Part shown: positions 34,251 to 47,197 of the stretch, piece by piece | Layout: every line of letters begins with the position of its first letter | Numbering within the stretch: the first letter of the stretch is position 1 | Origin: Narcine bancroftii | Lineage: Eukaryota | Assembly (NCBI RefSeq): GCF_036971445.1 | Contig: NC_091477.1 | Span: 32,860,001 to 32,924,000, forward strand | DNA length: 64,000 nucleotides | Reading direction: 5' to 3' | Position numbers and translations under genes: made by a program | The notes under the pieces: model-generated | Databases searched by the model: none | Seen by the model: only the letters and a program-made list of their open reading frames with translations | What the model was told of the DNA's origin: nothing

Positions 34251-36294
34251 CATGAACATAATTTTGTGACTTATTTCATGCTATTTCTAGTTTTTAAACT
34301 AATTTTGTATATATAATAGATGTTTAAAAGGATGACTGACCATGCATGGTTTATCTTTAACCAGTAATCTTAAGGCTTTAAGCATTTTAAAATTAGAATT
34401 GTGCAATTTTATGCAAGTACTATTGAATACAGTTTGTTTTTACACAATTTTTTTATCTACAAAAGTTTGTACACATTTTTTAACACTTCCTCTAACATAC
34501 AATTAAACCATATTTTTATGGGACGAATGTGCTCCTTCCAGAGGTTGTTTGCAGAATTTGCCATCAAATTGATATTTGATCTTTTGATTAACTAAGTTCC
34601 ATGAAAACCTGGTAATAAAATAATAGGAATAATTTTATTAAACTTTTAACATCATGCATGGCACATATGTATCCTTTTAAACTTGGATTCCTGTTATGAA
34701 TCTGTCTGCAAACTGCATGGGTTGGGAGTGGGGGGCAGCGGTGGTGATTTAATCCATTTTCCTGTTGAAACAATTATCTATTTAGGCTCTTTCCTCCTTG
34801 CCTTCTGAATCCAAATGGTTGGTCTCAAACCAATTAACAGTAAACTTTTAGACATGCCCTAATTTATCTCCATGTTGTTACTTTCTTTACTCATGCTATT
34901 TTCATGAAGCCAATCATAGACAATACAATCACACCTGCCATGGCAGAATATGGTGCAACAGATCGGAGCTTAAACTACCCTCATTAAGCCTAGATTGGGA
35001 TGTGAGAATTACCTTAGGACTTGGAACAAATCAATGTCTAAAAAGCTCTTGCTACCCATCCATCTCTTTTCTGGAATTCTATATGGAACTTGGATCAGTC
35101 CCTCAATCAACACATTCTCTGGTATTGCCAAAGGAGCATCAATGACAAGCAGACATGTTTCAGACAGATTATCTCACCAAGCTAATACACTAATTTTACA
35201 CCAACATCTAGATTATAAGAATCAGCATTTCAAATGGCTTGTACAACTGTACAGGCAGCAGAAAATGACTCCCAAAAATACATTGTAGTAGTAGATATAC
35301 ATCTGTTACATTAAATAAAATGAGAAATACACTTCAGAATTTTGGTAGCTATTTCAATGAAGACCAGAGTTCTTAATCTATTTAGGTTTGGCTAACAAAA
35401 ATGTTACAGTGCAATATTATCCAACAGTAGAATCTTCATTATTTATCAGCAGTGGTTCCAACTTCCCTGTCAGAAAGTAGAAATTGGAGGATGAATAATG
35501 TTCTCCATGTTTTGGTTTTACCATCATCAATATCCAAAAACAATGGTGTGAATATAGTCAATAGTTTAATAATGCTACAATGAAAATATCCACAAGGAAT
35601 GAGACAAAGAGAAAGACATTTCATATTTTGCATAAAATTCTGATGAATAATGAATATTCCACTGCATACGTTTATACCCTTGTAGAGATGATATCTCAGA
35701 AAAGTAAACATTACAAGACATGGTAGAAGAACCAATAAATCAATTTGAATTCATAAATTCAGACAAAATACAATTTTAACTCCCTTAAACTTTAAATAAT
35801 TTCTTTAAAAAACTAGAGATTTCTTACAAGATAAATGATCACGAGTCAAATATAAAATTCAAAGCACCAGAAGGTATGCAATAAATGTTATTGTTTGTAC
35901 TCGGAATTTGTGTCTTCAAACTGAATAGATCACTCAAAGACCAAAGACCCCACTCTCACTGCCACCTCGCACATTTAGATTCCATTTCAATATATTGGAG
36001 AAGCCTGAAAATAACCGGCGTTTTGTATGTCATCCAGATTTCAGAGTCCAGAGGATTAAACATCCAAGGCAAAACACATTTGAAGGTTATCACGTCTTCT
36101 GTGTTGGAATCAGAAATACAGTTCAAGGTTTAAAAAAGAGTAGGTTTTTGAATCATTGAGAAAAATCCAATTTGAAAAATACTTCAAAATTCCAGTGTAG
36201 CACTTTGCTTACAGAGTGATAGCTTAACGAAAGTAGATCATAGTTTATATTACAGGGTATATATAAAATGGTCTTAACAAAATAAATTTAAAAC

Positions 36295-36518
36295 TTATTT
36301 TGTAGTTGCTGCACAAAGAAGCAAGTCCTTCAGTAGACGGATCTGTTCTTCTAATTGTGAATTCAATGGTCTTCCCAAATAACTGAATACTCGACTATAG
36401 AATTCCTCCACATCTTTCAGAACTTCTTTCACCGTGATAACATCATGTGTTGTGAGCATTGGAGGTGCGTCAGCAAGAACATACTTCACCCGTTCTGTGA
36501 TTGAAAGCCTCAGGTGAC
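36295..36518 (-). CDS. SIMC1: SUMO-interacting motif-containing protein 1, last coding exon
   Basis: HLRLSITERVKYVL...VITVKEVLKDVEEFYSRVFSYLGRPLNSQLEEQIRLLKDLLLCAATTK*; resembles the recalled human C-terminus; convergent with KIAA1191. Confidence 0.9.
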
Positions 36519-37399
36519 CTGAGGAATACATTCAATATATATTACAGAAATAAGTTAGTAGAGAGATACTCAAGACAAGCAACAATGAAAAATAAATACT
36601 ACAAATTTATTCTGGCTACTCATTGTTACCTACAAACCCTTAAAAAAATGGAAACATGTTCACAAAGACTTGAATTTGGAATGGCAGTGAGGATTCATAG
36701 GTGATTTGCCAAAACCTTATGACTGCAGTCTGAATTATTTTCACATTCCTCAAACAGGGCTATAGGAACATAATAGCTAAACCTCTTAGTTTTATTTTGC
36801 TACCACTTGAAAGTTCAATAGACCAGAGAGCTGGTGGAAGTCTTAGTCATGGAGAAAGTAATTATTTTGGTTGCAACCTGCTTCTTCAAGGTATACACAC
36901 AGCAAGTAGCACAGACATTTTAAGAGTGAGAAATACTGTAAATAATTACATGAAAGGGAACAAAAATATACTCTTGGCATAAAGAAGTTACTTCTGAATT
37001 CCATTATTGACTATGTAATTAATATTTGTGGACCATCACTTTCATCTTCTCCAAAAATAGAACCCTTTGTCATCCTTTTCAATCTATTTCGTGATCCTCC
37101 AGATTTCTGTCACATAATCCCCAGTCTTGGCTGATTGTGTCCAAGTTCCATTGATGAAATCTTGCACGTTACTACATTTGGCACTGCCTTTATGTATTTT
37201 TTTTTACATGGAAAATAAAACATTTAGCCTAAAATCTTACTTCTAACCAAATAAGATTTTTAATGAGTTGTGCGCAAATGTAAGTAATTATGTTAAATGA
37301 GTCCTTCATGTACCATTGTATAATAACAAAATACTAGTGTTAAGGTCATTTGCAGCCTACATAGGTGCAGAAATTTAGTGTTCTTAGTTTTAACCCTTT

Positions 37400-37616
37400 G
37401 AGTCTTTGAGACATACAGCCCGCTAATGGGCCATTTCGGCTCTCAAGACCATGCCCAATTACACCCAATTAACCTACAACCCCTGGTACATTTTGAACGG
37501 TAACAGGACCCATGCAGACACAGGAGAAGGCACCATCTCTTTACAGACAGCACAGAATTTGAAACCTGGTCCCGATTGCTGGCGCTAAAACAGCGTTGCG
37601 CTAACCATGCTGCCCT
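37400..37616 (-). mobile_element. V-SINE (HE1-like)
   Basis: Reverse complement of the GGGCAGCATGGTTAGCGCAACGC head and TGTAGGTTAATTGG body. Confidence 0.7.
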
Positions 37617-37908
37617 TTTTGTCATCCACTTCCACCGAGGGGTAATTTATGATGGCCAGTTAATTTACCAGCCCATCATTGGGATTCGGAAGGAAAACCA
37701 TGCAGTCACTGGGGGAAAAGTACAATCTCCACACAGTCAATCTCTGAAGTCAGGATAAAACACAGATTCCTGGAACTCTGAGGCAGCAGGCAATATCTAC
37801 TGTGCCCTTAAGGATCTTGGACACAAGTCTTGGTGATTTCATCAATGCCCAACTACACAATGAAGTGGGACTATCAGAAACTAAATGAATTTTTTAAAAA
37901 AAACTTAC

Positions 37909-37996
37909 GCTTGGTCACCTCTTGATAGCTTAAAAGTAATAAACATAGAAGGTGGACAAGTTCATCCCAACATTGCCATTTGCTTGAATGATACTC
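37909..37996 (-). CDS. SIMC1: SIMC1 exon
   Basis: EYHSSKWQCWDELVHLLCLLLLSYQEVTK; TTCTCAG/GTAAGT. Confidence 0.92.
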
Positions 37997-39797
37997 CTGA
38001 GAAAATGAAAATTAATGTTGAATACATAGCATTTGCTTCAGATGACTTCTCACTTGCATAGTCTTAATCATTATTCCTCATCATTGGTCCATGAGTAGAT
38101 CATTTTGAATTTGGAGCTTAATTAAATCAGCTATTCCTGATATCCATCTTCCCTTGATAACTTACAGAAAAAAATTATCAATACGATTCCTAAAAACTTT
38201 GGAATTGTTTCAGAATGTACACCCTTTTGGAAAGGAGGTTCTTAATTTCTACTGTTTTATTGTGTTCAAATAAGCTTCCTGATTTCAATTGTTTTCAGTT
38301 CCTTATGTAGTTTGGATCACCATTCAAATCTTAAACACCTAAAACAGATTTACTCCTCAATCTCCTCTATTCAAGGAAACAAATTAAGTTGATACACCCT
38401 GTTCTCACATTTTGCTCCTTTAGCCTAGCATCAATATAATAAATCTGTGTTGCACCCACTCTCATGATATATGAGGCAATTTGCTTCAGCTGGATATGAA
38501 TTTTGGAATTTAGTGCAATATCGAATTAGACAATGGAGTGACACTCTCAAAAACAAAATCCTGCTCTTGGTATTTTGTACAACAAGATTACTTTTATGAA
38601 GCAGTAGGCACTGCCTCATTAGATGTATTTAAGACACAGATGACTTTTTGAATATTTAGGAAATAGAGCTATGGGAATCCACTGTCAGATCAGTCATGAC
38701 CTGATTAAATGAGTGGCTTCAGTAGGATAGACGGCCTACTCTCCTCCTATTTCTTATGTTCTTTAATCAGCTTCAAGGAGAAATTTACTATAATTAAGGT
38801 AATGGTTTAACATAAAAGGCAATGTTAACCTTTTTGATTGCCTTTTTGTACTCTTCCAATGGATACCATATCAAGAAAGAGAATCTAACTTTCTACTTGG
38901 GCACATTGCTGCAGTCAGACTCAATACTGAATGAATATCTTGAGACAAATTGTTTTCCCAGTTTTTATCAGAACTGTGTAGTACTGGAATTATTGCTTCA
39001 ATATTTCTGTCTCCGCTAACACAGGTTAAATTTTGGGGCATTTCCTCGTTTCTTAGCTTTTACATTCCTCTCTCATTATCCCATCAACCACATAACTTCA
39101 TTTCCAAGCCTCATCAAATCAGAAATTTGCCATTTGTCCTATCCATGCCTCTGCCAACATTTCTGCAACTTAAAACTATCTTGTACATTCATTCCAATAT
39201 CTGCCGACATTTCTTTGATCTAAAATATTAATTTAGCTTTTCTTACCTCAGATGTTGCCTGATCTGCTGTTTTTTTTAAAAAAAGGATTTTATGGTTTGC
39301 TATTGGATTTTAATAACTATTAACTTTGTGTCTGTTTACACCTCGGCAGTTCCTAGTTTCTCGTTATTTAAAAAAAATACTTCAATTTATTTCACTTGAA
39401 TCCAATAGTGATGATGTATTGTTTACTCACAATGAAGTCCACATGCTATAATTGTGGCTACCCTATCAATCCATGTCCCTTTGCAACATTCTGCTCCCAT
39501 TTGCACTATTTACTGTCCTGATCAACATATGGAAGTTAGGTTTTATAATTGAGATTTAATTTTCCATCAAATAATATATCAAAGTAAGCAACAAAGAAAA
39601 TATAAGCACATTTGACTAGTGAAATGTGCAAACTATTCATTTAAAATGTATACTAAATACATAAATTGCAATTACTTTGCTTATAAAATACTGAATCATT
39701 AAAACAACTAATGCAAAATATAAACTAATAAAACACCATAACTTGAGGCAAACAAATACATCACATACTTAAAAGGTAAGAAAGAAAGTGGACTTAC

Positions 39798-39954
39798 ATC
39801 AGTTTCTGTGGGAAATTTAGCATATCTAAGGAAATGCAATATTTTTCCCAAGGATATTGGAAGAGTATTTTGTTTTTTAGTGTAATGGTGGAAGATAAAT
39901 TCCAGTAACTTGCAGCGCAGGAGTTGGCTTTCCATACTTCTTAACATTGTTAAT
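39798..39954 (-). CDS. SIMC1: SIMC1 exon
   Basis: LTMLRSMESQLLRCKLLEFIFHHYTKKQNTLPISLGKILHFLRYAKFPTETD; AG/GTAAGT. Confidence 0.92.
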
Positions 39955-40071
39955 CTTAAAGGTTGTAGAGAAAAAAATAAATTACAATTGAACAGTCAAC
40001 ATATAGAGGCTATACAGCTTAGAATATGAATCATTCCAAAATGTGAATTTATAAAAGGGCTTCTCTGTTTA

Positions 40072-40236
<165 letters not shown>

Positions 40237-41221
40237 TTAGGGACAGAATAAAGGAACACAGGCCTGTCACAACTCATTTTCTAAACAAAACATTCTCCTG
40301 AATAACATGATAGCGTAATGGTTTCAGGACTGAAATAACAAGCACCACTGGCATCTTTCAAATGTGCTATTAAAAGGTCACGGTGCCACTTCACTTTATT
40401 AAAATGGAGTACAAAACTAAAAAGTGCTGATGAGTCCAACATAAGGTACATCAAATCAATGCGGATCATTAAACAATTCAAATAACATTGGTAATTTAAG
40501 AGATGAGAATTCCAGAATATATATGATACGCAAAAAGTAATAAAGTTATTATGATGGTTAATTCTTAATACTTGTTTGACCATAAAATATTTTAAAAAGT
40601 AATAAAGTTACGATGGACTCAAATCATGGTAATCAAATATAAGGGCTTTGCAAATTAATCAACTTTTTGTTAAAATTTATCTAACGGTTGAAGTAAGGAA
40701 AATCAAAAATCAATATGCAAACCTGAAGGACCTGTAAAATGCTAGTGTCATTGTAGTAAACGGTTCACTGCAGCATTACTTAAATCTGCAAAACCTTCAA
40801 TCATTGGGCATGGATCTGCAACACCCCTAATGTGTCAGCTTAAAAAAATTTAATAATTAATCACTCTCTACTTTTGCTTGCAAATAAAAGTAGTGCAATG
40901 CAAAACTCTGAAAAAGGAGCTCTTCACTCGTTGACTGTATGGTGCACCTGCATTAAAAGAGCTAGCAGAACCAGGATTTACTCATCCCCATTCCTCTCCT
41001 CTGTCACCATAACTTAGTGATGGGATTTCAGTCTTTCTTCAGTCGCTTTTGATGGGCTCCACTTCTACCTTTATTCAGCATTCTAGTCCATGTCTCACCA
41101 GTAACTGTTACCACTGTTGTTTAAATTTTCTGCTTGATGCCCATCACAAAACTTTATGCTGAATAAATCAGGTGACAATAAACTGAAGTATTTTTCTTTT
41201 ATTTATTCATTGTAAATTTAC

Positions 41222-41341
41222 CTTGAATTCTTAGTGTCCACCACCAGAAGGTTATGAGATAGTGATGATGTGGGACCATTTCCCTCATGTATTTCTTCAG
41301 AGTCCTTAGAGATGGTATCAACAAGCCACTTAATGACACTG
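41222..41341 (-). CDS. SIMC1: SIMC1 exon
   Basis: SVIKWLVDTISKDSEEIHEGNGPTSSLSHNLLVVDTKNS; CAGCAG acceptor, GTAAAT donor. Confidence 0.9.
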
Positions 41342-41529
41342 CTGGAAGAAAAAAAACAAATTTAATTCACTGTTTTTCACTTGCTGAATATGAAAGCAGT
41401 CTGACATCAGATGCAAGTACTTCAGGTAATTAATTCTCTTTTTCAAGTAAAATGGTCAGACTCCCATTTTTAAATGGAGTATTCCAATTTACTCTAGTTA
41501 TTGCCCATCTTAGATTTGTTGAACAAATG

Positions 41530-43206
41530 CAAAGGAGTCTTCCTTCTTTGCCCGATTTGACCACACAGTAACTGTGAAGAACCACCCCACTGCACCACCA
41601 CGTCCCCTGATGATCCTATCCTCTCCATATCCGAGGATGTGCTGCCCTCATGAGAGCGAGTCAGAGGAAAGCATCTGAATGGAGTACCTGGCCGAGTATT
41701 AAAAATCTGAGCTGACCAACTTACCAGTGTATTCATGGATATCTTCATCCTCTCACTCTGACTGCGCATGGTACCCACCTGATTCAAACATGTGTCAATC
41801 ATACCAGTGCCCAAGAAGAGCATAGTCATCTGCCTTAGTGATTTCGACCAGGATCACTTACATCAATAGTGATGAAGTGTTTTGAAAGGCTACCATTGAA
41901 GCATATCAGCTCCAGTCTGAGTGGTGACATGGATATGTTCCAGTTCACCTATTGTAGGAAAAGGACTACAGTGGATGCCATCTCACTGGCTCAACACAAA
42001 GGAACACTCTGACAGTATTCATCAGAATGCTCTTTATTCACTGCAATTCAGCATTTAACACTATCAGCCCCTCAAAACATATCAGCAAACTCCAAGACCT
42101 GGGACTCAATACTCCACTATGGATCATGGATTTCTTCACCTCCAGACCACAATCAGTGAGGATTGGTAAGAACTTCTCCTCCACAATCTCCAGCAGTACC
42201 AGAGCACCACAGGGCTGTGTTCTTAGCCCCCTGCTCTCCTCACTTTACGCCTACGAATGGGTGGCTTGGTACGACGATAACACCATCTACAAATTTGTCG
42301 ATGATACTATGGTAGTGGGTTGTATAAAGAAAGGCAATGAATCAGCATAAAGGAGGGAAATTGAAAACTTGACTGAAGGGTGCACCAACAACAACCTCGC
42401 ACTCAGTGTCACTAAAACTAAGGAGCTGATTGTTTACTTTTGGAAGGGAAAACCAGGTTTATATGATCCAGTGATCATTGGGAGAAATCAGAGGTGAAGA
42501 GGGTGAGCCAATTTAAATTCTTGGNNNNNNNNNNNNNNNNNNNNNNNNNNNNNNNNNNNNNNNNNNNNNNNNNNNNNNNNNNNNNNNNNNNNNNNNNNNN
42601 NNNNNNNNNNNNNNNNNNNNNNNNNNNNNNNNNNNNNNNNNNNNNNNNNNNNNNNNNNNNNNNNNNNNNNNNNNNNNNNNNNNNNNNAATGGCATCATGA
42701 AGAAAGCATGTCAGCCCTTATACTTCCACAGGAATTTGCAGAGAATTGGTATGACATCGGAAACTTTGAGAAATTTTTACAGATGTATGGTGGAAAGTGT
42801 GCTGACTGGCTGCATCATGGTCTGGTATGGGGACGGGACATCTATAGCCCTGAGGATCGACACTACCCATCACACGTTTTGGTTTCGCTGCTACCATCAG
42901 GAAAGAGGTGTAGGTGCCACAAGACTCGCACCACCAGCTTCAGGAACACCATCAAACTCCTGAACAATAAACTCATTTAATGAATCTTATTGCTGCACTT
43001 TATTGATTTATTTTATACGCTCTGTAATGCAAGTCAGCTTGTTTACATTTATTATGTTTACAGTTCTTTATTTGTTTACATATGTATGTTGTGTACAGTT
43101 TTTTTTTGCATTATTAGTAAGTGGTAGTTCTGCCTCACTTGCAGGAAAAAGAATCTCAGGGTTTTATATGATGTCACGTAAGCACTTTGACAATAAATCT
43201 GAACTC
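41530..43206 (+). mobile_element. Rex/Babar LINE 3' half (contains the assembly gap)
   Basis: SAFNTI, APQGCVLSPLL, YKFVDDT motifs; 3' tail ending AATAAATCTGAACT. Confidence 0.88.
42525..42687. other. Assembly gap (163 N)
   Basis: Run of n. Confidence 0.99.
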
Positions 43207-44131
43207 TGAGGCATTTAGATAAGGGACTAAGTTATTCTAATCTACTTTCCTTAGAAGTATCATCAATTTATATTGATGCCAATATTTGATAATATTCTGG
43301 TGTATGATACATTTGCCATCACAGATCTATTATTACATCAATATGGACTTTTAAAAACTTTCTGCTCAATCCATGATTACCGTGAAAGTTTTTATACAAC
43401 TGAGAAACTTGCTTTACTGGATAGTTAGGATGTCCATGTCACAAACAGATTTCCTTTTTGCAAAGAACACGAGTGGGATTAGCTGGATTTTAAATAGGTT
43501 TTTTTAAATAGTTCAAGTAAACACTTTTATTTTAACCAGTTTTTCAAATTCTCAGGGTGGAATTCAATTTCCATTCTCCCATTAGTCCAGGTCACAAAAC
43601 CAACATTGATAAATATAAACATAATGCACATCTGATGCATATGTTCAGAATTTCTGACTAACCTTTCCCATTGAAAGAAAAGACTCATTGGCAAGTTGTG
43701 ATTTTAAAATATATTGAGTGAAAAATAAATACATTTCTTATTTTATTAATAAAAACTGAAAAGTAGTCAGTTCTACTGAAAGGTCATTGACCCAAAACAT
43801 TGATTCCTTATCATTCACTGATATTTATTTCATTTTTTATATTTATTGATATTTATTTCATTTTTTCTAGCATCTGTAGGGTTTTGGTGTTTCAAACTAA
43901 GGAATAACGTGTAGATCACTTTCCAGTATGAAATGGATGTTGTGACTCCTTTTGAGATTCTACTGTCATTAATGGAACAGGTTTCAGGTGTATGCTGATG
44001 TTACTATGTCATGCATTTAACACTTGCTGATGGAATTAATAATGCGCTTAATTTTACTTGCCTTCCAGCAAAATACAAAATGTTCTGTAACTGCAATGGA
44101 AAAATGTAGGTCTAAGGAGGTTAAGGTCTCA

Positions 44132-44371
<240 letters not shown>

Positions 44372-44828
44372 TCACTGGCTCTAAAAGAATGCTATCACCC
44401 TTGATAAATCTACAACTCCATCACTGTAAATACAATAACCAGCTTAACTTGTAGTCTAAAGGCACATGTTGCAGTTGGAATTTAAATATTAAATAATAAT
44501 AACCATCCTATTTGAAACAAAATGGGTTAGGGGTAAGATGCTTGTGCTCATTTAGACTACACAAGCAGTAACTTTGCAGCAAACAAAAAATCCACAATAA
44601 AATACAAGAGTTCCCATGAAAGAGTTGTAGGCTTGTTCCACCAGGGCTCTGGATTTCAATTTACTGCATTATTTTAAGTACTTCGTTTTATTTGTAGGGC
44701 AATAATGCAATCATTATGGTCATGTAGAATACTGGATAACAAATTAGCAGACAGTAAACTGCAACAAAGAACATGGTAATAGTAACCAGCTAATCCACTT
44801 TGGTAATGTTGAATGAAGAATAAACATT

Positions 44829-45070
44829 GGGGCAGCAAGGTTAGAGTAGTGGTTCGCGCAGTGCTGTTACAGCGCCAGTGATCCAGAACGGGGTTTGAAT
44901 CCCATGCTATCTGGAAGGAGTTTGTACGTTCTCCCTGTGTCTGTGTGGGTTTCCTCTGGGTGCTCCTGTTTCATCAAAATTTACCGGGGTTGTAGGTTAA
45001 TTGGACAGCACCGTCTCGTGGGCTGAAAGGGCCTGTAACAATGCTGTACGTCTAAATTTAAAAAAAAAAT
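44829..45070 (+). mobile_element. V-SINE (HE1-like) with A-rich tail
   Basis: Head GGGGCAGCAAGGTTAG; V-domain GTGGGTTTCCTCTGGGTGCTCC; A tail. Confidence 0.78.
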
Positions 45071-45456
45071 AAAATACTGGCTAGGACATGAGCAACAATG
45101 TCCTTTTTAACATAAAACTAGAAAATAGATGCTCAGTGTTTCTGTTCTATAGTCATTACTTAGTATGTGGATGTTGCACAAGAGCTTGCTTGAGTAGGAA
45201 TGGGACCCTCACACAGAGTTTGACCTTTATAGGACAATAAGAGAAGATTTATTGTTAAAACATTAAAATTTTATGTTAAGAAAAATGTACTTTAGTTGCC
45301 ACCTTGGCAGCAATTATTCAATGTACTATCAGAATAAGTAATAAAAATCAAGTAGGATAAATAAAAATGTAAAACAAACCTAAAAATTCTACTAAACTCT
45401 ACTTTAAAAGAATTGACAGTCATTTTCATCTTTAAAAGATTCAATATCTAAATTAC

Positions 45457-45526
45457 CTTGTTCTCCACATGATATGCCAGTAGCTCCCAGTCCCATTGCA
45501 CCGTCAAAATATTTGCAGGATGTAAC
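45457..45526 (-). CDS. SIMC1: SIMC1 exon
   Basis: LHPANILTVQWDWELLAYHVENK; AG/GTAATT. Confidence 0.92.
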
Positions 45527-47197
45527 CTATTTAAATAAAATGAAACATCTTTTAGGTTTTTTTAAAAATAAGACATTGTATTTCACACCATGTCATGGAA
45601 AACACTTTCGGTATTCAAAAACTGACCTTTATTCCTCCAGATATAAGCCCTGTCAATGGATACTCTCACTTCAATCTTTAGATAAACTTGGTTCATTGAA
45701 ATTTCATCAGCTGATAGTTGAAGCACAGTGTTGCATTTTATCTTGAAACCTTTGTATAAGAGGAGGAATCTGATTGGCTCATGCCTCATTATTTATTTCC
45801 TATTCCATGATTGGGTTGTGCCTCATTATTTATTTCCTCTTCCATTATTGAAACTAGCGTCTTGCCAATAATATTAATCCAACTGGCATTCAGTTTTTTG
45901 CCTTCTGCTTTCCTCCCTTTTTGAACAAGCATGGCACATTGCAATTTTCCAGTTTTCTCACACAATTTAACAAGTTAAAATAAATATTCAAACAATAATT
46001 TCACTCTCTTTGCAGCTATTTTCTTTCTCTCTTATCCAACCTATCCTCCAACCTCTTAATTCTTTCCTCTGCTTCTATCACCATTTCTGTCAAGTTATCT
46101 TAACCTCTCCTTGATCACCCCCTGACCTGCCAACAATTTTTTCAATGTTTCTTTGATCTGGCCAATGGCCACCATTATGTCCCTGGTAGAGGGCATCAAG
46201 TCCTCTACCTCTTTTCTGTTCTTCTCTATTTACTATCTTTCTCCTTCCCCTGTGATTTTTCTCCTCTTCTCCATCTTCCTTATCTACCTTGCTCTCTGAC
46301 ATCGAGACACCCAGCCTTTCTTCCCACTGTGCGTTCCCAACACCTCTTTTGCCTCGCCACTTCTGCTTCCAGCCTGGCTCGATGACTCAACTTCCTGACG
46401 GAGCTCCCTGATCAGCTTCCTCTCAATATCCAGGTGAGACAAACTTACCTGGTGAGTTTCTGACTTTTTTCAGCCTGTTGCAATCCCGCATCCATCATTG
46501 CCGCTTCATTTATGGGCCTCCCCGTTGTCCGCACCCAACAGGGCTCCAGACTGTGGTCCTGCTGCCTCACTCACAGCTCCCTGCCAACCCCGCTAGAGCT
46601 GCCCTCTATTATTGCTCAGGGGGAGTTCTCATCCTGTCGGGGGTCATGATGTTGCAATACCCCGTCCATCACTGCCACTGCCATAACCGCCACAGGCCAA
46701 CTCCCTCACATACAATCCTCCCCGTTGTCCACACCAGATAGCACTCCAAACTGCATTCCTGCCACCTAACTCGCAGCTCCACGCCGACCTCCCTGCTAGG
46801 GTTGTCCTCTCTTAATGCTCCGGGGGAGTTCTTGGCTCGACAGGGATCGCCATGTTGCAATTCCTTCTGCAGTGCTCTCGTCGGTCTCTCATTGGCCTCG
46901 TGGTCGGGTGAGTCCTTCTTGCTCTTTATTTATCCCATTGTTTGTGAAATCAATGTTTTTCTTTTCTTTACCATTCTTTTTAACCTTCTTCCTCCTTCTT
47001 GTGGTATTTTTATCCTTCCCTATTAATTTTCTGGGGGAACTTATTTTTTCTGTCTGGGAAGCTCTAAACACCAAAACCAACTACCGCCATTCTACTGCCA
47101 TCTGCAGCTATTTTCTTTCAGGCCACCGGATCCCAGCAATTTCTCCACCTTTAACTCCACAAGTTTAAAACTTTAAAGTCCCCCCCCCCCCAACAAA

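Noticed and set aside
42525-42687. Gap longer than the ~40 bp expected from the sister LINE copy
   Set aside because: Gap-size estimates are unreliable; an insertion cannot be inferred
45782-45850. Short imperfect tandem duplication TGCCTCATTATTTATTTCCT (similar case near 43819-43866)
   Set aside because: Ordinary intronic slippage duplications
46080-47170. GC-richer block resembling a LINE 5'UTR/ORF1 on the minus strand
   Set aside because: No diagnostic motif recognised; left unclassified
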